From contig OY764159.1 of NCBI GenBank assembly GCA_963668175.1, positions 64,001-128,000 of the forward strand: a stretch of 64,000 bases of DNA, written 5' to 3'. Of this stretch, positions 20,424 through 31,069 are shown one piece after another. Each line of letters starts with the position of its first letter. Position 1 is the stretch's first letter. The notes under the pieces are model-generated. The model saw nothing but the letters and a program-made list of their open reading frames with translations. It was not told where the DNA came from and made no database searches. Source of the stretch: Syntrophales bacterium (GTDB taxonomy: Bacteria > Desulfobacterota > Syntrophia > Syntrophales > PHBD01). A program made the translations under genes and the position numbers.

Positions 20424-22790
20424 ATGGAAGATTCGACCGAAAACAAAAAGAGAAGCGGCATCGATCAAGGTGGATATGTCCGGCAGATTACCGAGCTCGG
20501 GCTTATCGTGGCGGAGCAAGAGAAGGTCATCGCAAGGCTAGAAGAAAGTTGGAAAACTTTCCGCCTTGTTGAAGACAGCATGCACGATGTCATTCGCCTC
20601 ATCGATCAAGAAGGATTCATCCGGTATGCCAGCCCTTCACATATGAAAGTCCTGGGCTATGCCCCGGAGACGCTCCTGGGAAAGCCCCTTTCCGATATGA
20701 TCCATCCCGAAGACAGGGAGACGGTTAAAGCATTTCACGCCCGCAACCAAGACACAAGTGCTGTTGATAAAATGGATTATCGTCTCCGCCACGCCGATGG
20801 CCATTACCTCTGGTTCGAGATGACGAGCCATTTCGTCTCCGTCAACGAAGCCGGCATCACCGGTTATGTTGTCTGCGAAAGGGACATTTCGGAACGGAAG
20901 CAGACCGACGAAGCGTTGCAGCAATCAGAGAATCGCTATCGGGCCATTTTTGAAACCACGGGCTCAGCCACACTGATCATCAATGAGGAAGGAACCGTCA
21001 TCCTGGCCAACCATGAGGCGCAGGAACTGACCGGCTACTCAAAAGAGGAACTTGAAGGAGGGAAAAAATGGCAGATGTTCGTCCATCCCGAGGATCTGCC
21101 CCGGATAGAAGAATACAACAGGTTGAGAAGTGCGGATCCCGCAAAGGCGCCGCGGAGATACGAATTCCGGATGATCGACTCCCTCGGAAGGGAGAAATAT
21201 ATCTTGAATACCGTGGCACGCATCCCCGGAACGGCGCTTACTATTTCGTCCAGCATGGATATCACCGATCTGAAGACGGCCGAATCCTCCCTGAGGGAAT
21301 CGGAGCAGAAGTACCGCCTTCTCATCGAAAAAGCGAACGATGCCATCCTGATCGCCCAGGACGGTTTCATCAAGTTTCTGAACCAAAAAGCCACATCCCT
21401 CATGGGTTATTCCGACGACGATATGACGAGGATCAAGTTTACGGAAATGATCCATCCTGACGACAGGCAGATGGTCTTGGAACGCCACCGGAGGCGTTCC
21501 CAGGGCGAATCGCCTCCCAGCCTATACCAGTTCAGGGTTATTACGAAATCGCAGAATGAGCTTGTCGTGGAAATGAATGCGATCCAGATTACCTGGGAAG
21601 GGAAACCCGCAGTCCTCTGCTTCCTCAGGGACATCACGGCCGACAAGAAGATCGAAGAGCGCCTGATGCATGTGCAGAAAATGGAAGCCATCGGTACGCT
21701 CGCCGGCGGCATAGCCCACGATTTCAACAATCTGCTCATGGGTATTCAAGGCCATGCCTCGCTTATGCTCCTGGAGATCGATCCGTCGCACCCTCACCGG
21801 GAAAGATTGAAAAGCATCGAGGAACAGATTCGCAGCGGGGCCAACCTGACGCGGCAGTTGCTCAGCATCGCTAGCGGCGGGGAATATTCAGTAAGGCCGG
21901 CCGACCTGAATGCCGTCATTGAAAAGACCATCTCCATGTTCGCCAGGGCGCGGAAAGAGGTCACGATCTTCAAGAAGTTTGCCGCGGATCTCTGGACGGT
22001 GGAAGTGGACCAGGGGCAGATTGAGCAGGTGCTTCTCAACATCTTTGTGAATGCCTGGCAGGCGATGCCGAAAGAGGGAGAGCTTTATCTCGTTACGCAA
22101 AACATGGTGCTCGACGACGATTTCGTCATACCCTATCATCTCAAATCGGGACGCTATGTGCGTTTGTCCATAACGGACACAGGCGTGGGCATGGATGAAC
22201 GTACCAAGGCCCGCATTTTCGAGCCATTTTTTACGACGAAGGAAATCGGACGCGGCACGGGGTTGGGATTGGCGTCGGCATACGGAATCATCAAGAGTCA
22301 CGGCGGCTTCATCGAAGTGACGAGTGAAAAGAATCTGGGAACAACCTTCCGTATCTACCTGCCGGCATCTTCCAAACAAGTGCAGAAAGAGGAAACGCCG
22401 TCCGTGGGTCTGAAGAAAGGCAAAGGAACTGTTCTCATCGTCGACGATGAAAAGTTGAATATCGCTGTAACCGCGGACATGCTCGAGGTGCTCGGTTACA
22501 AGGTCATATCCGCCGGAAGCGGTCAGGAAGCCGTTTACCGGTACAATGAGATGAAAGAGGAGATTTGCCTCGTCATCCTCGATATGGTGATGCCAGGTAT
22601 GGGAGGCGGGGAGACTTTCGATACGCTGAAGGACATCAACCCGGAGATCAAGGTCATCCTTACAAGCGGCTACAGTCTGGACGGGCAAGCCAAGGGTATC
22701 ATGTCGCGGGGATGCAGCGCATTCCTCCAGAAACCCTTCTCGATCAACAATCTTTCCCAAAAGCTGAGGCAGGTATTGGACGAAGCATAA
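20424..22790 (+). CDS. Hybrid sensor histidine kinase (three PAS, HisKA, HATPase, REC)
   Basis: Three HPED/HPDD PAS repeats, AHDFNNLL, NAWQAM, DTGVGM, FEPFFTTK, GTGLGL, LDMVMPG, QKPF. Start follows GAGG. Confidence 0.93.
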   Translation: MEDSTENKKRSGIDQGGYVRQITELGLIVAEQEKVIARLEESWKTFRLVEDSMHDVIRLIDQEGFIRYASPSHMKVLGYAPETLLGKPLSDMIHPEDRETVKAFHARNQDTSAVDKMDYRLRHADGHYLWFEMTSHFVSVNEAGITGYVVCERDISERKQTDEALQQSENRYRAIFETTGSATLIINEEGTVILANHEAQELTGYSKEELEGGKKWQMFVHPEDLPRIEEYNRLRSADPAKAPRRYEFRMIDSLGREKYILNTVARIPGTALTISSSMDITDLKTAESSLRESEQKYRLLIEKANDAILIAQDGFIKFLNQKATSLMGYSDDDMTRIKFTEMIHPDDRQMVLERHRRRSQGESPPSLYQFRVITKSQNELVVEMNAIQITWEGKPAVLCFLRDITADKKIEERLMHVQKMEAIGTLAGGIAHDFNNLLMGIQGHASLMLLEIDPSHPHRERLKSIEEQIRSGANLTRQLLSIASGGEYSVRPADLNAVIEKTISMFARARKEVTIFKKFAADLWTVEVDQGQIEQVLLNIFVNAWQAMPKEGELYLVTQNMVLDDDFVIPYHLKSGRYVRLSITDTGVGMDERTKARIFEPFFTTKEIGRGTGLGLASAYGIIKSHGGFIEVTSEKNLGTTFRIYLPASSKQVQKEETPSVGLKKGKGTVLIVDDEKLNIAVTADMLEVLGYKVISAGSGQEAVYRYNEMKEEICLVILDMVMPGMGGGETFDTLKDINPEIKVILTSGYSLDGQAKGIMSRGCSAFLQKPFSINNLSQKLRQVLDEA

Positions 22791-22884
22791 ACAGTGCGGG
22801 CTTGCAGCGTTTGCCCCTGAAAGACCCGTTATCCGCAGCCTCAACACTGCCCAAGTACGTTAGGTAATTCTAACCTATAAACGC

Positions 22885-24141
22885 TTACGCCTTATTGACC
22901 CCGGACCGGCAGTAATCGCGGAAATTATTGACTGCAATAAAGAACTCGCGCATCATGATAACCCACATATACTGTCCGCGTTCCGTCAGAACGAGGCAGG
23001 GTTTCCGATAGCGAAGGCCCCCGACCGCCATAAACGCCAGTATTTCAAACCACAGGTGACGAAACGCCCGGCCGCCGTATTTGACGTTCATCTCGTCCAT
23101 GTTCATCGTCATGCCGAAAAGCTTCATGAGAAAATCGTAGCGGAGGCAGTCACGAGAGGAAAAATCGCGGCTGGCCATCAGGGGGAATCCCCCAGGATCT
23201 CCCGCGACCTGATCGATGTACTCCCGGATATCAAATGTGTTCGCATAACAGGTGCCGCTTAAAAAGCCGATGGAGCCGCTTCCCAGACCTGCATATTCAT
23301 CGTAATTGACGACATACTCGTCGATCATCCCCGACTTTCTTGAAAAACACCAGGCTGAAGAAGACCGGTAACGATTTCGGAGGCACGCAACGATTTGGCG
23401 ATAGAAGGCCTTCTCTCTCCGATAATCGACCTCCCCCAATGTCCTTGAGACAATGCGGCGCGTAGAATCGGACACCATAAGCGGATAATAGGTGATCTGA
23501 TCGATTCCGAGATCCACGAGGCACTCCAGGTCACGGGCCAGCATCTCGCTCGTCTGAGAAGGAAAATTGAAAATCATGTCGGCGTTTAACGTATCGAACA
23601 ATCCCATGGCCGCTTTCAGACGTTCGGCAATCTCCCGACCGCTTCCGTATTTCTCGTAGCGTTCCATGTCTCTGAGGAGGCCGTCGTCGAAGCTCTGGAC
23701 GCCGACGGAAAGCCGGTTCACCCCGATATTTTTGAGGATTTCAAGACGATCGGGAGTCAGATGGTTGGGGTTGGTTTCCACCGATAATTCCGTGACGGGG
23801 AAAATTTCCCGGGCCATCGTCAGCGTTTCCGCCAACTCGTCTATAAGAACCGTGGGAGTTCCGCCCCCAACGTAGATGCCGTTGAATTGATAGCCGGCGC
23901 TCTTATAATGCTTCATTTCCCGCCTGAGGGCTTCGAAATAAGACCGGCACAATCCTTCCTGAAAGACAACCCTGTTGAACGAACAATAGGGACAAAGCTG
24001 TTCGCAGAAGGGGATGTGGATATACATCAGGCGGGGTTTGTCCACCGTGCAGGGGGGCACTCGGGGTACACCGCCGCCGTCGAACCGCATGGAGCGGGCG
24101 AATTCATTTCTCGCATGGGAGGCAATCAACGCATCGATCAA
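22885..24141 (-). CDS. HemN-like radical SAM protein
   Basis: YIHIPFCEQLCPYCSF (CxxxCxxC), YVGGGTPT, NRLSVGVQSFD. Confidence 0.88.
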   Translation of the reverse strand: MIDALIASHARNEFARSMRFDGGGVPRVPPCTVDKPRLMYIHIPFCEQLCPYCSFNRVVFQEGLCRSYFEALRREMKHYKSAGYQFNGIYVGGGTPTVLIDELAETLTMAREIFPVTELSVETNPNHLTPDRLEILKNIGVNRLSVGVQSFDDGLLRDMERYEKYGSGREIAERLKAAMGLFDTLNADMIFNFPSQTSEMLARDLECLVDLGIDQITYYPLMVSDSTRRIVSRTLGEVDYRREKAFYRQIVACLRNRYRSSSAWCFSRKSGMIDEYVVNYDEYAGLGSGSIGFLSGTCYANTFDIREYIDQVAGDPGGFPLMASRDFSSRDCLRYDFLMKLFGMTMNMDEMNVKYGGRAFRHLWFEILAFMAVGGLRYRKPCLVLTERGQYMWVIMMREFFIAVNNFRDYCRSGVNKA

Positions 24142-24335
24142 GTCATCTTCTCCGAAGGGCAGTTTACAGTCTTTGAAAGCATATCGCAGGTTGGTGATTT
24201 CTCGGTCCCCCGAACGCGCGGAAACGTAGCAGAGCTCTCGAAAATTATCAAGACGATATGAATATCTTCCTTTCTTGAAATAATGGCAAGTCGATGTTAT
24301 AGAATTCGAATAATTGTCGAAACAAGGATGCGGAA

Positions 24336-24905
24336 ATGACCAAGAAGATTTTAACCCTCTGGGATGATAATAAAATCAACAGAAGCGACGAAGTCGTTCT
24401 GCGCAGACCTGCCGACGAGATATCCGCACCGTTCGATGAACGTGCAATGGACGATATCCGGACGCTCATGGAAACATTCCTGAAAAGGGACGACGCCCTC
24501 GGTTTGGCGGCGCCACAGATAGGGATCAGCCGAAAGATCATCATCTTCCGCAATAAGGGATTCGAAGAGAAGACTTGGTCAAAAGGGGCCGGCGATTACG
24601 ACGTCCTTGTCAACCCCCGTATCGTCTCGACCAGGGGAGAATTGGTCAGGGGAACGGAAGGCTGCCTTTCCTGCCCGGAAATCCAGGTAGAGATCGACCG
24701 CTACCCCGAAATCAAAGTTCAGGCCTGCGATTCCAAGGGAAAGAAAATCAGCAGACGCTATGTCGATTTCCTGGCCCGTATCGTTCAGCATGAAATGGAT
24801 CACCTGGAGGGCATTCTTATCCTGGATCGCGCCGAAAACCTTTATTACCCGAACAAGAAACGCGCCTTCTTCGAGGAGATTTTCCAGGTGAAGAAGGAAC
24901 CGTAA
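24336..24905 (+). CDS. def: Peptide deformylase
   Basis: LGLAAPQIG, EGCLS, QHEMDHLEG. Confidence 0.95.
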   Translation: MTKKILTLWDDNKINRSDEVVLRRPADEISAPFDERAMDDIRTLMETFLKRDDALGLAAPQIGISRKIIIFRNKGFEEKTWSKGAGDYDVLVNPRIVSTRGELVRGTEGCLSCPEIQVEIDRYPEIKVQACDSKGKKISRRYVDFLARIVQHEMDHLEGILILDRAENLYYPNKKRAFFEEIFQVKKEP

Positions 24906-25178
24906 GCGAACGGCCAAAGCCGTATCCGTTAGATCAACAGCCATAGCGCGTTCGATCCCGACGTCAGACCGCATTCAATCTGCCCGCCCCAATAACCAAT
25001 ACATAATGGCCCGGCCATATGCCCCTTCTTGAGACGATGCCGCAGCGTCAGGGACTTCAGCCCCGCACCGCGCAAGTCCGATATCGCGTCAAATTATCCA
25101 TGAAAGGCCTAAATTGAGACGGCAATATCGCCTTCCGGGTTCTCCTCGCGCGGTGGGCTCCCGATGGCGTATCCGTTT

Positions 25179-25871
25179 TTAGATGGTTTTGCGCCAGGCC
25201 AGACGCATCTCCAGCCAGCGGGAGAGGCTTGTGAAGGCAAAGCAGATGATGAAATAGACGACGGAAATAAATAAAAATATCTGGGCGGGATAGATCATGG
25301 TCCGGTTGTTCACCTGGGTTGCCACGTGTGTCAGTTCCGAGACGCCGACAATAAAGGCCAGGGACGTATCCTTGATCATGGAGACAAACTGGTTGACAAA
25401 GGACGGGATCATATTGCGCAGGGCCTGTGGCAAAACGATATAGATCATGGCCTGCCAGTGATGAAGGCCCGTGGACAGGGCAGCTTCCATCTGTCCCCTG
25501 GGAATCCCCTCTATTCCGGCCTGCACGATCTGCGACATATACGATGATGTGAAGATCGACAGGGCCATGATGACCGTCCAGCTTTCAGGGACCGTCCCGC
25601 CCATAACGGCCGGCAAAAGGAAATACATCCAGAAGATCACCATGAGAAGAGGTATGCCCCTGATTGCGTTGACGACAACCAGGGTCGGATAACGGACGAT
25701 ACGGTTCTGGGATACGCACATAAGGCCGAGAATCATGCCGCCGAAAAATGACAGCACCAGAGAGACAACAGCGAGATAGAGCGTCAGGAGAACGCCCCCG
25801 ATGGGTCCGTTCGGATAACGGCCGATCATGAAGTGTGCAAAATTGTCCCAAATAACGCTGAAATCGCCCAT
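25179..25871 (-). CDS. Polar amino acid ABC transporter permease
   Basis: RGIPLL, IPRGQMEAA, LPQALR, IKDTSL; start MGDFSV. Confidence 0.92.
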   Translation of the reverse strand: MGDFSVIWDNFAHFMIGRYPNGPIGGVLLTLYLAVVSLVLSFFGGMILGLMCVSQNRIVRYPTLVVVNAIRGIPLLMVIFWMYFLLPAVMGGTVPESWTVIMALSIFTSSYMSQIVQAGIEGIPRGQMEAALSTGLHHWQAMIYIVLPQALRNMIPSFVNQFVSMIKDTSLAFIVGVSELTHVATQVNNRTMIYPAQIFLFISVVYFIICFAFTSLSRWLEMRLAWRKTI

Positions 25872-25876
25872 ACCGT

Positions 25877-26587
25877 TTACGCCCTGACTCCCATGGGATT
25901 CAACACTTTCTTGCTGTACCACGTCATCAGCCATGTAATGATGACGGAGATGACCAGATAGACGACGGTAGCGGCCGTAAAGGCCTCAAACCCCTTGAAC
26001 GTATAAGCCTCGACTTGCCTCGCCTGATAGGTCAATTCCGCTACGCCTATGGTCATGGCAAGGGACGAGTTCTTCGTCAGATTGAGGAATTGGTTAATAA
26101 GCGGCGGAATGGTGAGCCGGACCGCTTGCGGCAAGACGATATACTGCATCGAGCGAAGATAGGAAAAGCCGGAACTTCTGGCCGCTTCCATCTGCTCCTT
26201 GGGAATGGAGCGCACGCCTGAGCGGATATCTTCGGCAATAAAGGCCGACGTGTAAATAGTGAGCGCAATGACCGCTGCCGCAAATTCGAAATTGACGGAA
26301 TTCAGCCAATCATTGGCCGCCTTCGGCAAAACCTGATAAGAACCGAAATACCAAAAGAAGATTTGAACCAAAAGCGGAGTATTTCGAAAAAATTCCAGGT
26401 AAGCATGAGAAAACCAGAGGACAGGCTTCACCGTACTCATGCGCATTACGGCAATCAACAACCCGAGTAAAAAAGACAGGGCAACCGACACCACCGACAG
26501 CTCAATGGTAACCTTGATGCCGGAAACGATCCATTCAAAGTACTGTCCGGAAGTGACGATTGCCCAGTCGAAATTGTAATTCAACAC
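25877..26587 (-). CDS. Polar amino acid ABC transporter permease
   Basis: FRNTPLLVQ, AEDIRSG, QMEAARS, KNSSL. Confidence 0.93.
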   Translation of the reverse strand: MLNYNFDWAIVTSGQYFEWIVSGIKVTIELSVVSVALSFLLGLLIAVMRMSTVKPVLWFSHAYLEFFRNTPLLVQIFFWYFGSYQVLPKAANDWLNSVNFEFAAAVIALTIYTSAFIAEDIRSGVRSIPKEQMEAARSSGFSYLRSMQYIVLPQAVRLTIPPLINQFLNLTKNSSLAMTIGVAELTYQARQVEAYTFKGFEAFTAATVVYLVISVIITWLMTWYSKKVLNPMGVRA

Positions 26588-26608
26588 AGATGAAGTGAAC
26601 CCCTGAAA

Positions 26609-27427
26609 TTATTTGTCCGCTGTAATTTTGAACGTCCGATTCATATGGAAGGCCAAACCCTTCGGGCCGAACCATTTTTCAAAAATCTTCTTCGCCTCTC
26701 CGCTCTTCTCCATCTCGAGCAGGGTCTTGTTAACGAAATTGACAAAGTTCGTATCGCCCTTCCTCATTCCCAATCCATAAGGCTCATCGGAAATCTGGAT
26801 GTTCGGAATTTCGTATTTGTTCTTCTCGGGGTACTTGGCCAGCATGTTGGCCAGGATCGACTCGTCCGTCGTTACCGCCGCGACCTTACCCTGCTGCAGC
26901 GCCAGGAACGCCGGCGGATAATCGTCAAACGACAGGATCTGCGACGTCGGGAGTGCCTTCTTGGCGTTCTGTTCCGAAGTGGATCCCTTGGCGGTACCTA
27001 TCTTCTTGCCGGCCAGATCCTCTAACTTCTTGACGGCGCCTTTAGGAGTAATGAATTTCTGCCCCGTGAGGAAATACATATAACTGAAATCGATTTGTTT
27101 TGCTCGCTCAGGGTTCTTTGTCATCGTGGCCGCCACGAGATCGACATTGCCCTGCATCAACTGAGGAATCCTGGTGGCCGATGTCACCGGCTTCAGCTCC
27201 AGCTTAACGCCGGCCTTCTTGGCAATAGCTTTGCAGAAATCAACGTCATACCCGACGATCTCACGGGTTTTCTCATCGATAAATCCGAATCCCGGCGTCG
27301 AGTCTTTTACGCCACACACCAATACGCCTTTCTTCTTGACATCTGCCATGGTATCTCCGGCCAGGGACGTACTGCACAAGCCGCCGATCAACGCCATTGA
27401 TAACAACAAAATACCGAGCTTTTTCAT
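26609..27427 (-). CDS. Polar amino acid ABC transporter substrate-binding protein (family 3)
   Basis: Signal peptide, GYDVDF, RIPQL, ERAKQIDFS, EPYGLG. Confidence 0.92.
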   Translation of the reverse strand: MKKLGILLLSMALIGGLCSTSLAGDTMADVKKKGVLVCGVKDSTPGFGFIDEKTREIVGYDVDFCKAIAKKAGVKLELKPVTSATRIPQLMQGNVDLVAATMTKNPERAKQIDFSYMYFLTGQKFITPKGAVKKLEDLAGKKIGTAKGSTSEQNAKKALPTSQILSFDDYPPAFLALQQGKVAAVTTDESILANMLAKYPEKNKYEIPNIQISDEPYGLGMRKGDTNFVNFVNKTLLEMEKSGEAKKIFEKWFGPKGLAFHMNRTFKITADK

Positions 27428-27450
27428 TGTTTCCTCCTTCATTTCGAATT

Positions 27451-28185
27451 TTAATGCATGGGTGATAAAATTTCTTTCAGGAAAAGCTGGGCCCTTTCAT
27501 GTTTCGGATTCCGGAAGAACTCGTCCGGCGTCGCCTCTTCAAGAATGACACCATAGTCGATAAAGGCTACCCTGTCTGCAACCTCCCGGGCAAAACCCAT
27601 CTCATGGGTGACGACGATAAGCGTCATACCGGTGTGGGCCAGGCCCTGCATAACGAGGAGGACCTCTCCGATCATTTCCGGATCGAGGGCCGATGTCGGT
27701 TCGTCAAACAGCATGATCTTGGGCTTCATGGCCAAACCCCTGGCGATGGCCACACGCTGCTGCTGCCCCCCGGAAAGCTGGGAGGGATAAGAATCCCTCT
27801 TATCGGCCAGGCCGATCCGCTCCAACAGGGCCATGGCCTGTTTTTCCGCCTCTTTCTTGGGTGTCTTTCTGATCTTGATGGGTGCCAGGGTGATGTTGTT
27901 TAAGGTCGTCAAATGGGGATAGAGATTGAATTGCTGGAAGACGAATCCGATTTCAGCCCGCAACTTGTTGATATCCGTCTTGGGATCGGATATATCGAGA
28001 CCGTCGACAATGAGTTTCCCCTTATCGATCGGCTCCAGTTTGTTGATCGTCCTGATCAGAGTCGACTTCCCCGAGCCGGAAGGGCCGCAGACGACGACGA
28101 CTTCCCCCTGTTTGACCTGCAGATTGACATCATTCAACACATGAAGCTTTTTAAACCATTTATGCACACCATGGAACTGAATCAT
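27451..28185 (-). CDS. Polar amino acid ABC transporter ATP-binding protein (GlnQ type)
   Basis: [45 protein letters not shown]. Confidence 0.95.
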   Translation of the reverse strand: MIQFHGVHKWFKKLHVLNDVNLQVKQGEVVVVCGPSGSGKSTLIRTINKLEPIDKGKLIVDGLDISDPKTDINKLRAEIGFVFQQFNLYPHLTTLNNITLAPIKIRKTPKKEAEKQAMALLERIGLADKRDSYPSQLSGGQQQRVAIARGLAMKPKIMLFDEPTSALDPEMIGEVLLVMQGLAHTGMTLIVVTHEMGFAREVADRVAFIDYGVILEEATPDEFFRNPKHERAQLFLKEILSPMH

Positions 28186-28335
28186 ATATTGCTCCGGGAG
28201 TTTACATCCACGCCATTGACGGCTTTAGTTGCCGATTATTGTTGATTTGTTATCTTCCGCCTCGGCTATATAGCACCTCATGAAAATAGTCAACGGTTTA
28301 ATGGACTACCGGGAACATCATACCGCCATAAACGA

Positions 28336-28353
28336 CTGTTAGACGTCTGACAG
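28336..28353. promoter_or_regulatory. 18-bp near-perfect palindrome, candidate operator
   Basis: CTGTTAGACGTCTGACAG in the divergent intergenic region. Confidence 0.45.
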
Positions 28354-28434
28354 ACGGCCGTCACGGAAAAAGACATACAGTCTTTCCGAGGCCCCTACTT
28401 CCGGGAACGACGGTTCGGGCGGCCGATGTATTGT

Positions 28435-28463
28435 TTGACATTCATATGGGCTTAAACTATAGT
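28435..28463 (+). promoter_or_regulatory. Sigma70 promoter of the polyprenyl synthase gene
   Basis: TTGACA-17 nt-TATAGT. Confidence 0.75.
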
Positions 28464-28496
28464 TCCGACCACACGGATGACGGGGGGTGGATAAGG

Positions 28497-29477
28497 ATGA
28501 AAATGCAAATAGCTGAGGTGTTTCAGTACTATGCCGATGATCTGAAGCATGTCGATGCCTACATGGACAGCCAGATGCAATCGGAAGTCAAAATCATTCC
28601 CGAAATCATCCGTCACCTTATCGGCAGCGGCGGCAAAAGGCTGAGACCGCTTCTCCTTATGGCTTCCTCATCTCTGTGCGGCTACAACGGGGACCGCCGT
28701 TATTATATGGCCGCCGTCATCGAATTCATCCATACCGCCACCCTGCTCCACGATGACGTTATCGACCATGCGCAAATAAGGCGGGGCAAAGTATCCGCGA
28801 ACAATATCTGGGGAAATGCGGCCAGTGTTCTCGTGGGCGACTTCCTCTACTCCAAGTCATTCAGCCTGATGGCGGAACAGGGCAATCTCGATATCATCAA
28901 ACTGCTCTCGTCCGCGACCAGCGCGATGTCGGAAGGTGAAGTATTTCAATTGGTTAAATGCGGCGACATCCAGATCACCGAAGAGGAATACCTGACGATC
29001 ATCGAAAAGAAGACCGCCGTCCTCATCGCGGCAGCCTGCGCCGTCGGCGGTATGCTCAGCAACGTGCCGCAGGAACAGATTCAATCCCTCATCCGATTCG
29101 GCACGATGCTCGGATCGGCTTTTCAAATAACCGACGATACGCTGGATTATATGGCGGAGGAAGAGCAATTCGGCAAGGCCATCGGCAAGGACCTGCAGGA
29201 AGGGAAAGTAACGCTTCCCCTGATTCGCACACTGAAAGTCTGTTCGCCCGAAGAGGGTGCGGCGGTCAAGAGGTTTGTCGAGCAAGCGAACGAAGGCAAT
29301 CAGGCGGTCAAAGACGTCGTCACCGTCATCCGTAAATATGACGGCATCGAATACGCCTTGAACAAGGCAAAGGCTTATATCGAGGAAGGGAAGGCCTGTC
29401 TCGATTCGTTTGCCGCATCCGATGCGAAGAGAACCCTCATTACCATCGCCGATTATGTCGTGGAAAGAAGGCTGTAA
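28497..29477 (+). CDS. ispB: Polyprenyl diphosphate synthase (IspB-like)
   Basis: GGKRLRP, HTATLLHDDVID, RRG, GDFL, KKTA, FQITDDTLD, GKDLQEGK. The start must lie after the promoter (28497 or 28503). Confidence 0.88.
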   Translation: MKMQIAEVFQYYADDLKHVDAYMDSQMQSEVKIIPEIIRHLIGSGGKRLRPLLLMASSSLCGYNGDRRYYMAAVIEFIHTATLLHDDVIDHAQIRRGKVSANNIWGNAASVLVGDFLYSKSFSLMAEQGNLDIIKLLSSATSAMSEGEVFQLVKCGDIQITEEEYLTIIEKKTAVLIAAACAVGGMLSNVPQEQIQSLIRFGTMLGSAFQITDDTLDYMAEEEQFGKAIGKDLQEGKVTLPLIRTLKVCSPEEGAAVKRFVEQANEGNQAVKDVVTVIRKYDGIEYALNKAKAYIEEGKACLDSFAASDAKRTLITIADYVVERRL

Positions 29478-31057
29478 AACCGGTCGGCCGGGTTGAGCGC
29501 TATCTTTCCGGGATGCCTGCCGGTACCGCTATCTTTCCTGTCCCTCTTCATGGCCGGAGGCAAATACCGGAGGATGTCCTCTGCCGTCATGCCGTCTTCG
29601 CCCTTTGCATCCGCAGCCAAATCCCCGGCAAGACCATGGATGAAGACGCCCTTCCGGGCGGCAGCCGCCGGAGGCAGCCCCAGGCCGGCCATGGCGGCAA
29701 TCGTTCCCGTCAGGACGTCTCCCGACCCCGCCGTCGCCATCCCGGCATTACCGTTTAAATTCAAGAATATGCTCTCGTCTTCGCAGCCGATCAGGCTATG
29801 GGCTCCCTTGAGCACGATGGTCGCCCCTAAATCCCGGGACGTCTCCTGCAATAACCTCATTCTATCGTTTTCGAGCTCGGCTTTGCTTCGATTGACGATG
29901 CGCAGCATTTCTCCCGGATGCGGCGTAAGAATCGTCGGGGCTTTTCTGTCTCTCAAAATCCCAAGATCGGCGGCAATGGCCGTCAATCCGTCGCCGTCGA
30001 TAAGCAGGGGCTTCTGGATGAGCTTTGCCAGATCCCTCACCAACTGTTGCGTTTCGGGGTCCAGGGATATGCCCGGACCGACAACGACCATGGTTGCCTT
30101 ATCGGCCATGGCCAACAATCGGTCCATATTGCTTCCGGCGATACTGCCTGCATCGGTTTCCATCAGCGGGATCATCACGAGTTCGCTTGCTTTTTGTCCT
30201 ATGCAGAGCGCGATCGACCGCGGCGTCGCCAGGCGGGCATAGCCTCCCCCGGCCTTGAGGAACGCATAGGCGGCGAAATAAGGGGCGCCGATATATTGTG
30301 CCGAGCCGGCGATGAAGAGGGCGTCCCCTACGCTGCCTTTGTAGGCGGTTCTCTCACGGGGCGGTAAATCGACCCGATCGTTGGTTTGTATTTTCAAAGT
30401 GCTTTTTTCATAGAGATCGGGAGGAAAGGATATATGGCTGACATACAGCCTGCCGCATCTTTCATATCCCGGATAGAGCATATTACCGATTTTGGGCAAC
30501 CCCAGGGCCACGGTGCAGCAAGCCCGCACAGCCGCTCCCATGATTTGGCCCGAATCACCATGAATACCGGATGGGATATCGATGCTGAGCACCGGTTTGC
30601 CGCTCTCATTGATCCGAAGGATCACCTCCCGGTGAATGCCGGACACTTCCCGGTCGAGCCCCGTACCAAAGATTGCATCGATGATACCGTCGGCACGCCG
30701 GATATCGTGCACGATGGATTGGATCGATGAAACGGAAACCATGTCGGCGGATAGCCTTTTCAGGATATCCAGATTCTCTTTCGCGGCACCCCTGAACTTC
30801 GCCTCATCGCCGATGATAAATACCTTGACCCTGCCGCCTTTAGACATGATCTGGCGGGCAACGACAAATCCGTCGCCTCCATTGTTACCGACGCTGCAAA
30901 AGACGGCAAACATTTTATTCCGGATGCCGACCTCCTTGTCCAAAACAAACGAAACGGCAAGGCCGGCGTTTTCCATCAGTATGGCCTCCGGTATGCCCAA
31001 ACGATCGATGGCATATCGGTCCATGGCTCTCATTTCCTGAACAGTGGATATCTTCAT
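29453..31057 (-). CDS. nnr: Bifunctional NAD(P)HX epimerase / dehydratase (YjeF)
   Basis: LMENAG, GNNGGDG, DAIFGTG, DIPSG, VGPG, LTPHPGE, LKGAHS, ATAGSGDVLTG. Confidence 0.94.
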   Translation of the reverse strand: MKISTVQEMRAMDRYAIDRLGIPEAILMENAGLAVSFVLDKEVGIRNKMFAVFCSVGNNGGDGFVVARQIMSKGGRVKVFIIGDEAKFRGAAKENLDILKRLSADMVSVSSIQSIVHDIRRADGIIDAIFGTGLDREVSGIHREVILRINESGKPVLSIDIPSGIHGDSGQIMGAAVRACCTVALGLPKIGNMLYPGYERCGRLYVSHISFPPDLYEKSTLKIQTNDRVDLPPRERTAYKGSVGDALFIAGSAQYIGAPYFAAYAFLKAGGGYARLATPRSIALCIGQKASELVMIPLMETDAGSIAGSNMDRLLAMADKATMVVVGPGISLDPETQQLVRDLAKLIQKPLLIDGDGLTAIAADLGILRDRKAPTILTPHPGEMLRIVNRSKAELENDRMRLLQETSRDLGATIVLKGAHSLIGCEDESIFLNLNGNAGMATAGSGDVLTGTIAAMAGLGLPPAAAARKGVFIHGLAGDLAADAKGEDGMTAEDILRYLPPAMKRDRKDSGTGRHPGKIALNPADRFYSLLSTT

Positions 31058-31069
31058 ACGTCCCCCGAA

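Noticed and set aside
24945..25070. GTTCGATCCC T-loop-like word in the def / permease gap
   Set aside because: No flanking T stem or cloverleaf.
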